In this document: piece after piece, positions 29,116 to 37,416 of the stretch
How positions within the stretch are numbered: position 1 is the stretch's first letter
Layout of the letters: every line of letters begins with the position of its first letter
Notes under the pieces: generated by a model
What the model saw: the letters and a program-made list of their open reading frames with translations, nothing else
Told to the model about the DNA's origin: nothing
Database searches by the model: none
Position numbers and translations under genes: made by a program
Assembly: GCA_946617625.1 (NCBI GenBank)
Contig: CAMOKF010000003.1
Location: forward strand, 1 to 57,575
DNA: 57,575 nucleotides
DNA from: an uncultured Bacillota bacterium
GTDB lineage: Bacteria > Bacillota_I > Bacilli_A > RF39 > UBA660
Direction: 5' to 3'

Positions 29116-31617
29116 ATGAATCAAGTAAGAAATTTAATATTTTATAGAACTTTAGAAAATGGTGTTTTAGTTGATAAGACTCATGCATTTTATAATGATG
29201 GTTCTGAAAAAGAATTATCTAATAAACAAGAAATTGATAGTGCAATAAGCTCTATCTTAGCTGAAGAAAAAATGTCTAATAACTCTAATTTATCTTTGGA
29301 AGAAAGAATTAATAATAGAATTAAAGCTGTTTCTGCTAGTGATTTTGTTAAAAATTATAATACATATAGATATGTTGATTCTAGAGATACTAAAGTTATA
29401 TTAGATAATATTAATAATAATTTAGATAAAATTAATAATAATCTTGATAATAAAAATGATGTTAATGAATATGTAGAAACTACTTATCCTAATTCAAAAG
29501 TTTCTTATCAAGAAGAATTTGATGAAAAGAAAGATAATAGATTTGTAACTGGTATTAAAAATGCTACTAAGAAAGTTAGAAAAAGCAAATTAGCTAGAAA
29601 TTTATTAATTACTGGTACTGCATTTGTTGTATCTTTTGGAATATTCTCATGTTTAGCTAAGAATACTAAGAAAGGTCAAATGACAGATAGTAACATTGAT
29701 TATTCAATAACTTCTCAAAAAGATGCATCTGCTTATAAAGACTTTTCAGAAATAAAAGATTTTAATACTTTATTATCAAGTACAAAGAGTACTGCTCAAC
29801 ATAAAGCAATGAAGATGATGAGTGACAACTTAGATTATTTCAATATTACGTTTGCAAATCATTTTATTGAACAAGGTAAAGATGTAAAAGCTGCGTTATC
29901 ATGGGATGAAATGATGGCTTTACAACTTGCTTATAATGATTATACAAGAGATGAAATTAAAGCTATTTTTAATGGATATGAATTAGATTCATCTAAATTT
30001 GATGGTTATTATAAAAATGCAACTTTACAATTAATGGGTGCTTATGTATTAGAAACTCGTGATATGCAAGTTGACTCTTATAAATATCTTGTTTCAGAAG
30101 AAGGACAAGCATTTGTTAAAAAATATAATGAAATGTTCTTAGCTGCTAAAGAAGCAACTGGTTCTGAAAAAATCAATTTAGTTAATAAATTTTATAGTGA
30201 ATTACATAAAGATTTCCCAATTTCTGATGAAATTAGAGAAGTTGGTATTTCACATGCTGATGCTAGAAGTGAGATAACTCGTTATAAATTAGCTGTTACT
30301 CCTATAGTAGCTGCTTCTGAAATATTATTCCAAAACTTAGATATAGATCATACTTTATCTGATAAAGCTATTGATTACTTTAATGATTTAGGTTTATGTA
30401 ATTTAGCAGTTGAACAATTTGAAAGAGCAGAAACTATTCTTTTAATGAGTGATAGTAATGAAGAATTACCTTTATATAGTCAATATAGAGATTTAAAAAT
30501 TGCTGAATTAACTGCTAAAAATAGCTATGTTATTGATGATGCTCATAGAGATTTATCTCAATTAGATGCATTTAAAAATATGGTTAATAAACAAGTAGAA
30601 TGTTTTGATAATATCACTAAAGAATCTACTGGTAAATCAAGCAGTTCATCAAGTAGTAATTCTAAGAGTGGTAAGTCTTATACTAAATCTTGGAGTGAAT
30701 CTAAGACTACTTATAAAACTGAAACTACTAAAGAAACTACTAATGATAGAAATGAAGCTGTAAGAAAATCTAGCGAAGAAAAAGTTAGAGCAGCTGAAGA
30801 AAAAGTAAATAAACAAATTGAAAAAGAAAATCAAGCTAATAAGGAAAAAGCTCTAAAAGAAGCTGAAGAAAATAGAAAGAAGATTCAAGCTGAAGAAGAT
30901 AAGAAAGCTGAAGCTAATCAAAAAGAAGTTGAAAAATCAAATAAAGAATTACAAGAAAACATTAATAAAGCTAATGAAAAAATTAACAATGGACAAACTG
31001 TTAATGAAAAAGATTTAGGAGATAATGTTAACTTTGATAATAATCATTCTGATTCTAATGGTAATTTAGATAACTCAGTTAAAGATATTACTACTGATGG
31101 ATCAAATGCTAATAAAGATTTACCTGATCCTAATAAGACTGGTGCTGAATTTGATAAGAAGGCTAAATCTACATCAGGTAGTTCTAACCAATCAAGTCAA
31201 TCAAGTAATAGTTCAAGTAATCAATCAAGTCAATCTAATAATAGTTCAAGTTCATCATCTAATAAACCATCAAGTTCATCTAGCTCAAGTTCAAGTAGTT
31301 CAAGTTCATCAAGCAGTTCTAGTTCATCTAGTTCAAGCTCAAGTTCTTCAAGTAGTTCATCTTCAACAAGTTTCTATACTGAAGAAGTAAAAACTACTAC
31401 AAAATCAAGTAATAGTAATTCTGGAAGTTCTAATAACTCTAGTAGTTCTGCTGCTAAAACAGAAACTAAGGTAGAGACTAAGACAACAGAAACTCCAAAA
31501 CAACACATAATAGAATATGAAGAACCTGTAAAATCAAATGAACAAATAGTTGATGAATATATTAATAGTTTAGAAAAATCTGATTCTTCAGATAGTGCTA
31601 AGACTTTAACTAAATAA
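29116..31617 (+). CDS. Large membrane-anchored protein: cytoplasmic N-terminus, one TM, helical domain, K/E-rich coiled coil, poly-Ser tract
   Basis: 833 aa; SD AAGGGGG; TM LLITGTAFVVSFGIFSCLA near aa 165-185; KEKALKEAEENRKKIQAEEDKKAEANQKE; Ser tract near the C-terminus. Confidence 0.5.
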   Translation: MNQVRNLIFYRTLENGVLVDKTHAFYNDGSEKELSNKQEIDSAISSILAEEKMSNNSNLSLEERINNRIKAVSASDFVKNYNTYRYVDSRDTKVILDNINNNLDKINNNLDNKNDVNEYVETTYPNSKVSYQEEFDEKKDNRFVTGIKNATKKVRKSKLARNLLITGTAFVVSFGIFSCLAKNTKKGQMTDSNIDYSITSQKDASAYKDFSEIKDFNTLLSSTKSTAQHKAMKMMSDNLDYFNITFANHFIEQGKDVKAALSWDEMMALQLAYNDYTRDEIKAIFNGYELDSSKFDGYYKNATLQLMGAYVLETRDMQVDSYKYLVSEEGQAFVKKYNEMFLAAKEATGSEKINLVNKFYSELHKDFPISDEIREVGISHADARSEITRYKLAVTPIVAASEILFQNLDIDHTLSDKAIDYFNDLGLCNLAVEQFERAETILLMSDSNEELPLYSQYRDLKIAELTAKNSYVIDDAHRDLSQLDAFKNMVNKQVECFDNITKESTGKSSSSSSSNSKSGKSYTKSWSESKTTYKTETTKETTNDRNEAVRKSSEEKVRAAEEKVNKQIEKENQANKEKALKEAEENRKKIQAEEDKKAEANQKEVEKSNKELQENINKANEKINNGQTVNEKDLGDNVNFDNNHSDSNGNLDNSVKDITTDGSNANKDLPDPNKTGAEFDKKAKSTSGSSNQSSQSSNSSSNQSSQSNNSSSSSSNKPSSSSSSSSSSSSSSSSSSSSSSSSSSSSSSSSTSFYTEEVKTTTKSSNSNSGSSNNSSSSAAKTETKVETKTTETPKQHIIEYEEPVKSNEQIVDEYINSLEKSDSSDSAKTLTK
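31168..31371 (+). repeat. Ser/Asn/Gln-rich then poly-Ser coding repeat
   Basis: In-frame; shares an identical 31-nt stretch (31307-31337) with 28141-28171. Confidence 0.9.
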
Positions 31618-31638
31618 AAAGACCAATAGGTCTTTTTT
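31618..31638 (+). terminator. Rho-independent terminator
   Basis: AAAGACC-AATA-GGTCTTT followed by a T-run. Confidence 0.7.
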
Positions 31639-31648
31639 CTTTTAAATG

Positions 31649-31677
31649 TTGACATTTCAATGGTTTTATGTTATAAT
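31649..31677 (+). promoter_or_regulatory. Consensus sigma-A promoter with extended -10
   Basis: TTGACA - 17 nt - TATAAT with TG at -15/-14. Confidence 0.75.
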
Positions 31678-31744
31678 ATGAGTACTTTGAAGGTACAATA
31701 GGGGATGTATCTCAATAGGGGTTAATTTAGAGGGGTTGAATATA

Positions 31745-32176
31745 ATGACAAATAATATGATGAATACCTTTATATTTGAATATTTAGATGAAAACGACTT
31801 TCGTAAAAAAGAAAGATCAGTTAGAAAGTATAATATGTTAGCTTATAAGAAATTAACATTTAATTATTATCCAGAATTAAGAAAAGGTAATTTTTTAGGT
31901 GTCGTTGCTAATAAAAATGAAAAAGATAAAACTATTAGTTATGAATTAAAATTACCTACAGATGAATTATTTGCTAAAGTTCATGGTGAAATTACTCTTC
32001 ATTATACTGTTTATACTGAAAAGAATATTATTCTTTTAACTAATATTACTCCAGAAGGTATATTAGATGAAGGTCATAGAGCTGAGTTATCAACTTATAA
32101 GGGTGTAATGATTTCTAAAACAAATCCTGAAAAGGATATGTTTAAGATTAATTTATTAAATAGATTAGGAAAATAG
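31745..32176 (+). CDS. Hypothetical protein, weak RelE/ParE/Gp49-like pattern in the C-terminal half
   Basis: 143 aa from ATG 31745 (SD AGAGGGG, 9-nt spacer); ..ISYELKL..x12..ITLHYTVYTEKNIILLTNI.. resembles the lyELRi...yRiiY....ivlL core of RelE-fold toxins; no adjacent antitoxin. Confidence 0.3.
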   Translation: MTNNMMNTFIFEYLDENDFRKKERSVRKYNMLAYKKLTFNYYPELRKGNFLGVVANKNEKDKTISYELKLPTDELFAKVHGEITLHYTVYTEKNIILLTNITPEGILDEGHRAELSTYKGVMISKTNPEKDMFKINLLNRLGK

Positions 32177-32197
32177 AGATTTATCTCTATTTTTTTT
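32173..32197 (+). terminator. Rho-independent terminator
   Basis: ATAGAGAT-TT-ATCTCTAT followed by T7. Confidence 0.7.
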
Positions 32198-32270
32198 ATA
32201 TTTCTCTTTACTTTTTAAGGTATTCTATGTTATTATTAAAGAGCAATGTGATTTGATTACATTGATATGT

Positions 32271-32347
32271 GGACCCTTAGCTCAGTTGGTTAGAGCACGC
32301 GGCTCATAACCGTGCGGTCATAGGTTCGAGTCCTATAGGGTCCACCA
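32271..32347 (+). tRNA. tRNA with CAT anticodon; body resembles tRNA-Ile, so probably lysidine-modified tRNA-Ile2 (elongator Met not excluded)
   Basis: Acceptor GGACCCT/AGGGTCC, D-arm AGCTCAGTTGGTTAGAGC, anticodon loop CT-CAT-AA, T-arm GGTTCGAGTCC, encoded CCA. Confidence 0.85.
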
Positions 32348-32354
32348 TTTTTTT

Positions 32355-32439
32355 GCGGGTATGGCGGAATTGGCAGACGCGCTAGACTTAGGATCTAGTG
32401 CCGCAAGGCTTGCAGGTTCAACTCCTGTTACCCGCACCA
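32355..32439 (+). tRNA. tRNA-Leu (TAG anticodon), class II with a long variable arm
   Basis: Acceptor GCGGGTA/TACCCGC, anticodon stem CTAGA/TCTAG with loop CT-TAG-GA, variable arm GTGCCGCAAGGCTTGC, T-arm GGTTCAACTCC, encoded CCA. Confidence 0.9.
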
Positions 32440-32451
32440 TTATGAATTATG

Positions 32452-32472
32452 AGACTTGTAAAAGTCTTTTTT
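32452..32472 (+). terminator. Rho-independent terminator after the tRNA pair
   Basis: AGACTT-GTAA-AAGTCT followed by a T-run. Confidence 0.6.
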
Positions 32473-32499
32473 CATGCAAAAAAAAAGCATTAATGCTTT

Positions 32500-32742
32500 T
32501 TAGTTTTTTTCTGTACAAATTAATATAAAACCAAATATGAAACATAAGAATACTACAAATATAATTGGTATAGCTACTATAATTAAATCCACTGTTTTAG
32601 CTTTTTCAACCATTAATCCAGCATCTATTAATGTATCAATTCCAAAATAAGTAGTTAATATTGCAAATACCAAACTTAGTAGGACTCCAATTGAGTATGC
32701 TTTCTTTTCTGGCATTTTAATCATTCTTTCTTTTTTTCTCAT
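32500..32742 (-). CDS. Small two-TM membrane protein
   Basis: 80 aa; SD AAGGAGGAG; two hydrophobic helices; palindromic terminator AAAGCAT-TA-ATGCTTT just 3' of the stop. Confidence 0.45.
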   Translation of the reverse strand: MRKKERMIKMPEKKAYSIGVLLSLVFAILTTYFGIDTLIDAGLMVEKAKTVDLIIVAIPIIFVVFLCFIFGFILICTEKN

Positions 32743-32848
32743 ATTTACTCCTCCTTATTATATTGTCATTATAACATATTAATTGATTTTTTTGCATATT
32801 TATGGTATAATATGTGTGGTTTTATAAGAAGAGGGGATTGGTGGTTGT

Positions 32849-33232
32849 ATGAAGAAAAATCCATATAAATTATTAGTTAATTATACTAAAGGATTAATTG
32901 ATGTTAATGAATTAACTGATAAAGAGAAGAAAGATTTAACAGCTGATATATTTGCTTTAAATTTATTAGTTCCTAAAGAAATGTTAATTAGTGAATGTAA
33001 AAAATTTTTTGTAGATATTGATGATGTTCAATATAATAATCCTTATATAGATTATTTAGCATCTAAGTTTCAAGTTGATTCTATTTTAATTAGATGTCAA
33101 ATTGATTCAATTCTTTATGGAGATATTAGAGAAAAACAAAAAGAAAAACAAAAAGAAAAAAATAAGAAAAAAGTTTTAAGACGAGAAAATAATGTTTTAT
33201 ATGTAGATTTTAATAAAAAGAATTCTAAGTAA
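32849..33232 (+). CDS. ImmA/IrrE-like C-terminal fragment lacking the HExxH catalytic motif
   Basis: ADIFALNLLVPKEML and IDYLASKFQVDSILIRCQI match the (E)AN.FA..LLMP / la..f.VS...v..Rl blocks of ImmA/IrrE (DUF955) proteins, but no HExxH is present. Confidence 0.35.
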   Translation: MKKNPYKLLVNYTKGLIDVNELTDKEKKDLTADIFALNLLVPKEMLISECKKFFVDIDDVQYNNPYIDYLASKFQVDSILIRCQIDSILYGDIREKQKEKQKEKNKKKVLRRENNVLYVDFNKKNSK

Positions 33233-33818
33233 TAGAATTCTTTTTTTTGTTTAAATCATTATTATATATGAATTTATTTGTTCCGTAATAGCTTAGTTCA
33301 ATTACTGATCTAGCAACTTCTTCTATATTCTTATCAAAATTATTTTGTATCCAATAATTGACTATTCCTAATGTTCCATTAAATATAAATACTGTAGCAT
33401 ATTCTTCATCTTCTTCTTTAATATTATTTATGTCTTTTTCCCATTTAGCTTTACATCTTTCATAAGCATCTTCTAATATGTCATCTAGAAAATAGCTACT
33501 TTGTTTTGTACTAAAAAGGATTTTTACTAGTTTTTTATTATTTGAACATACTTGTAGAAGGGCTAGAACATAGTCATATAATGTTTTTTGATCTGATGAA
33601 AAGTCTTTATAAGAATCTTGTATTTCCTTTACAAATTCTACTTTTATTTTTTCTAATAAGTCAAATATATCAATATAGTATCTATAAAAAGTTGCTCTAT
33701 TAATATCGGCAATTTCACATAATTCTGATACTGTAACTTTTGTTATATCTTTTTCTTCTAATAATTCTAAAAATGAATCTTTAATTACTTTTTTTGTATA
33801 CTTTGTTCTTCTATCCAT
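33225..33818 (-). CDS. TetR/AcrR-family transcriptional regulator
   Basis: N-terminal HTH TVSELCEIADINRATFYRYY; divergent from the acyl-CoA synthetase gene. Confidence 0.8.
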   Translation of the reverse strand: MDRRTKYTKKVIKDSFLELLEEKDITKVTVSELCEIADINRATFYRYYIDIFDLLEKIKVEFVKEIQDSYKDFSSDQKTLYDYVLALLQVCSNNKKLVKILFSTKQSSYFLDDILEDAYERCKAKWEKDINNIKEEDEEYATVFIFNGTLGIVNYWIQNNFDKNIEEVARSVIELSYYGTNKFIYNNDLNKKKNSIT

Positions 33819-33831
33819 ATATAACTCCTAA

Positions 33832-33858
33832 TTAAACAAATTATTGTTATGTGTTTAA
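33832..33858. promoter_or_regulatory. Candidate TetR operator in the divergent intergenic region
   Basis: TTAAACA - 13 nt - TGTTTAA perfect 7-bp inverted repeat. Confidence 0.3.
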
Positions 33859-33960
33859 TAACTATCAATTCTAAATATAATTGATGATTGATTGCTAACT
33901 TGTTTCAATTATATAATACATTTGATGATTATTCAACAAGTGTATAAAAAAGGAGATTAT

Positions 33961-35685
33961 ATGAAAATATTTGATAGTATTAAGAATAAATTTATAAAAG
34001 AGAAACATTTATGGGATAAGTTTTATCCTAAAGATAAGAAAATAGTTGTACCTAATATGTCTTTATATGAATATATTTATAGTTGCAATAAAGATAGACA
34101 AGATAATATTGCTTTAAATTATTTTAATAGAAAGATTACTTATTATGAGCTATTTCATGATATTGATTTATGTGCTAGAGCTATGAGAAGTCAAGGAATT
34201 AGAGAAGGGGATGTTGTTAGTGTATGTATGGCTAATACTCCTGAAGCTGTTATTGCTTTTTATGCTATTAGTAAGATAGGTGCCATTGCTAATATGATTC
34301 ATCCTTTATCTGCAGAAGAGGAGATTAAAGCTTCTTTAATATCTACTGATAGTGTTATGTTAATAGCTATTAATTTAACATATAAAAAGATTAATAATAT
34401 TATAGAAGATACTAAAGTCTATAAAACAGTTATTGTATCAGCTAGAGATTCTATGCCTACACTTATGGGAATTGGCTATTATTTATTAGAAGATCATAAA
34501 GTTAAAACTCCTAAAAGTAATGAGAAATATATTAGGTGGAAAGATTTTATTATTAAAGGAAATAAATATAATTCAAAAGTTCTTGTTAAAACTACTAAGG
34601 ATCAACCTGCTGTAATATTACATAGTGGTGGAACTACTGGTACTCCAAAAAACATATTATTATCTAATGGTAATATTAATGTTGTTCCTTCACAAGCATG
34701 TATTTCTTTACCTGAATTGGATGAAACTGATAGGATGTTAACTATTCTACCTTTATTTCATTGTTTTGGATTAGTAGAGTGTCTTCATTTTCCTTTAGTT
34801 ACTGGTGGTACTGCTATTTTAGTTCCTAAATTTGATGCATCTAGATTTGATAAATTACTTAGTAAATATAAACCTACAGTTATTCCTGGTGTTCCTACTT
34901 TATTTGAAGCAATGATAAAGAATAAACATATGCAAAACATAGATTTATCTAACGTTAAATATGTTGTTTCTGGAGGAGATACTTTACCCGAAGAGAAGAA
35001 TTTAGCTGTTAATAAGTTTTTAAAAGAACATAATTGTCGTCATAATATTGTACAAGGCTATGGACTTAGTGAAACTAGTGGAGGGTGTGTTTTTGCAACT
35101 AGTGGTACTGATTTATTAGGTAGTTCAGGTATACCTTTATATGGTAATGATTTAAAAATTATTAGTATTGATACTAGAGAAGAATTGGGTCCAAACAATA
35201 TTGGTGAAATAATGATAAGTGGACCTTCAGTTATGCTTGGATATCTTAATAATCAAGAAGAAACAAACGAAGTATTAGAAAAAGATTCTAGAGGTAAAAT
35301 ATGGGTTCATACTGGTGACATGGGATATATTAATGATGATGGAATATTATTCTTTGTACAAAGATTAAAACGTTTAATTATAGTTTCTGGATATAATGTT
35401 TTTCCATCTCATATAGAAGATATAATTGATAAGCATGAAGCGGTACTTAGTTGCTGTGTAGTTGGTATTCCACATCCATATAAAGTACAAGTACCTAAAG
35501 CATATATAGTTTTAAAAGACGAGTATAAAGTAAGTGCTAAAGTAAAAAGAGATATAAAAGAATACTGTGAAAAGAACTTAGCTAAATATATGATTCCAAA
35601 GGAATTTGAATTTAGGGAGTCTTTACCTAAAACCATGATAGGAAAAGTTGATTATAGAACTTTAGAAAAAGAAAGTACTAGATAA
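33961..35685 (+). CDS. AMP-dependent acyl-CoA synthetase/ligase (long-chain fatty acid-CoA ligase-like)
   Basis: Start at ATG 33961 (SD AAGGAG); AMP-binding motif LHSGGTTGTPKN, GYGLSETSG, C-terminal ..GKVDYR. Confidence 0.8.
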   Translation: MKIFDSIKNKFIKEKHLWDKFYPKDKKIVVPNMSLYEYIYSCNKDRQDNIALNYFNRKITYYELFHDIDLCARAMRSQGIREGDVVSVCMANTPEAVIAFYAISKIGAIANMIHPLSAEEEIKASLISTDSVMLIAINLTYKKINNIIEDTKVYKTVIVSARDSMPTLMGIGYYLLEDHKVKTPKSNEKYIRWKDFIIKGNKYNSKVLVKTTKDQPAVILHSGGTTGTPKNILLSNGNINVVPSQACISLPELDETDRMLTILPLFHCFGLVECLHFPLVTGGTAILVPKFDASRFDKLLSKYKPTVIPGVPTLFEAMIKNKHMQNIDLSNVKYVVSGGDTLPEEKNLAVNKFLKEHNCRHNIVQGYGLSETSGGCVFATSGTDLLGSSGIPLYGNDLKIISIDTREELGPNNIGEIMISGPSVMLGYLNNQEETNEVLEKDSRGKIWVHTGDMGYINDDGILFFVQRLKRLIIVSGYNVFPSHIEDIIDKHEAVLSCCVVGIPHPYKVQVPKAYIVLKDEYKVSAKVKRDIKEYCEKNLAKYMIPKEFEFRESLPKTMIGKVDYRTLEKESTR

Positions 35686-35730
35686 TAGTACTTTTTATGT
35701 TATAATTGTTTTAGTATTGGAGAGAGTTGT

Positions 35731-36360
35731 ATGTTTAAGAAAAAGAATATTGCAATACTATTAAATTTATTAATAGTTGTTTTTGAAATAATTGCTATAT
35801 TTCAAATTATTGATATTAAAGGTAGTATGAATTTTAGTTTTTATACTGATGATAGTAATTTGTTAGCATTATTTACCTCTTTAGCTTTTGTTTTTTATTC
35901 TATTAGAAATAAAAAAATACCTGATTGGTTGAAATTACTAAAGCTAACATCTACTATTTGTTTAACTCTTACTTTTTTAGTTGTTTTATTAGTTTTAGCT
36001 CCAATGAATAATTTCAATTATGGTTTTTTATTGTTCTACAGTGCTTTATTATTTCAACACTTTTTATGTCCTATAATAAGTGTTATAACATTTATATTAT
36101 TTGATGATATTAATATTTCTAAATGGAAATATGATTTGTTAGCAACTGGGTTTACTGTTATTTATGGAATAATCATTATTACATTAAATGTTATTAAGTA
36201 TTTAGTTGGACCTTATCCATTTTTAGAGATCTATAATCAACCTCTTTGGCAAACAATTCTATGGATTATTGGGTTATTTTCATTAACTTATGCAATTGGA
36301 CTTATACTTAGAAAATCAGCTATTAAACTTAATACTATTACAAATAAATATTTAAAATAA
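35731..36360 (+). CDS. Integral membrane protein (about 6 TM), function unknown
   Basis: 209 aa, six hydrophobic segments. Confidence 0.45.
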   Translation: MFKKKNIAILLNLLIVVFEIIAIFQIIDIKGSMNFSFYTDDSNLLALFTSLAFVFYSIRNKKIPDWLKLLKLTSTICLTLTFLVVLLVLAPMNNFNYGFLLFYSALLFQHFLCPIISVITFILFDDINISKWKYDLLATGFTVIYGIIIITLNVIKYLVGPYPFLEIYNQPLWQTILWIIGLFSLTYAIGLILRKSAIKLNTITNKYLK

Positions 36361-36385
36361 TAATATAATTATATAAGGAGGATTT

Positions 36386-37213
36386 ATGATAGAAATTATA
36401 AAAGCTATTTTATTTGGTATTGTTGAAGGTATAACTGAATGGTTACCTATATCTAGTACAGGACATATGATATTATTAGATGATTTTGTTAATTTGAATG
36501 TTAGTGATGCTTTTTATGAAATGTTCGAAGTAGTTATACAGTTAGGAGCAATTTTGGCTGTTGTTGTTATTTACTTTAAAACTATTTTTCCATGGGGTTT
36601 TGGTAAAACAAAAACTGATACTAAGAACACTCTTAATTTATGGGGTAAAATATTAGTTGCTTGTTTACCTGCAGCTGTTATTGGAATTCTATTTGATGAT
36701 TGGTTAGATGAACATTTATATAATAGTATAGTTGTATCAATTGCTTTAATAGTATATGGTATTATATTTATTATTATTGAGAATAAAAATATTGGTTCTA
36801 AAGATACTAAAGAAGTAAATAAAATTACTTATAAGCAAGCATTAGAAATAGGAGCTTTTCAATTACTTGCATTAATACCTGGAACATCTAGAAGTGGATC
36901 TACTATTATTGGAGGATTACTAATTGGATTAGAGAGAAGTGTTGCTGCTGAATTTACTTTCTTTTTAGCAATACCAGTAATGGCTGGAGCATCACTTTTA
37001 AAACTAGTTAAATACTTTTTAAAAGTTGGATTTGTATTTAGTGGATTGGAACTTGCTATTTTGTGTGTAGGTTCTATAGTTGCTTTTATAGTAAGTATGT
37101 TTGTTATTAAATTCTTAATGAATTATATAAGGAAACATGATTTTAAAGTATTTGGTTACTATAGAATAGTATTAGGTATACTTGTACTTTTATATTTTTT
37201 ATTATTAAAATAG
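36386..37213 (+). CDS. uppP: Undecaprenyl-diphosphate phosphatase (BacA/UppP)
   Basis: GIVEGITEWLPISSTGHMILL, PGTSRSGSTIIGG. Confidence 0.92.
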   Translation: MIEIIKAILFGIVEGITEWLPISSTGHMILLDDFVNLNVSDAFYEMFEVVIQLGAILAVVVIYFKTIFPWGFGKTKTDTKNTLNLWGKILVACLPAAVIGILFDDWLDEHLYNSIVVSIALIVYGIIFIIIENKNIGSKDTKEVNKITYKQALEIGAFQLLALIPGTSRSGSTIIGGLLIGLERSVAAEFTFFLAIPVMAGASLLKLVKYFLKVGFVFSGLELAILCVGSIVAFIVSMFVIKFLMNYIRKHDFKVFGYYRIVLGILVLLYFLLLK

Positions 37214-37234
37214 AGTCTTTTGACTCTTTTTTTA
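37212..37234 (+). terminator. Short terminator after uppP
   Basis: AGAGTC-TTTT-GACTCT followed by T7; overlaps the -35 of the next promoter. Confidence 0.5.
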
Positions 37235-37248
37235 TTCCATGATATAAT
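37220..37248 (+). promoter_or_regulatory. Near-consensus sigma-A promoter with extended -10
   Basis: TTGACT - 17 nt - TATAAT with TG at 37240-37241. Confidence 0.7.
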
Positions 37249-37274
37249 ACGTAGTTAGAAAGGAAGGATTATAG

Positions 37275-37334
37275 ATGAGTTTATTTATTAGACAACATCA
37301 TCATAATAATCTGCACTTGTTAATACGACATTAA
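37275..37334 (+). CDS. Putative His-rich leader peptide (19 aa, MSLFIRQHHHNNLHLLIRH)
   Basis: SD AGGAAGG 7 nt upstream of the ATG; 5 of 19 codons are His including CAT CAT CAT at 37296-37304; ORF overlaps the first arm of alternative RNA helices. Confidence 0.45.
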   Translation: MSLFIRQHHHNNLHLLIRH

Positions 37335-37397
37335 ACTTTGTTGTAGGCGCAAGTGCTATTTGTGGTGCTTGTTGCCTGTATTAAATAGCTATACAGG
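37313..37397 (+). promoter_or_regulatory. Set of mutually exclusive RNA helices (attenuator-like)
   Basis: GCACTTG (37313-19)/CAAGTGC (37350-56); AGGCGCAAGTGC (37345-56)/GTGCTTGTTGCCT (37365-77); CCTGTAT (37375-81)/ATACAGG (37391-97), which competes with the terminator stem. Confidence 0.5.
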
Positions 37398-37416
37398 TTT
37401 CTGTATAGCTTTTTTT
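37387..37416 (+). terminator. Intrinsic terminator inside the 5' leader, upstream of the PRTase-like gene
   Basis: AGCTATACAG-GTTT-CTGTATAGCT (10 bp) followed by TTTTTT; lies 45 nt upstream of ATG 37462. Confidence 0.75.

Noticed and set aside
28045-29188. Alternative-frame and antisense ORFs inside the first poly-Ser gene (28045-28428, 28503-28685, 28540-28782, 28792-29001, 28973-29188)
   Set aside because: Their low-complexity translations (LV/Q-rich) are produced by the Ser-codon repeat and by AT-rich sequence. They have no SD and lie fully inside a longer, better-supported frame.
30649-31655. ORFs 30649-30834(-), 31097-31390(+), 31374-31655(-)
   Set aside because: They are frame-shifted or antisense readings of the K/E-rich and poly-Ser regions of the 29116-31617 gene. 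None has a translation initiation signal.
32177-33900. Integrated mobile element or prophage remnant at the tRNA locus
   Set aside because: Only a truncated ImmA-like ORF and small membrane genes are present. I found no integrase, recombinase, transposase or direct repeat of the tRNA 3' end, so no mobile element is called.
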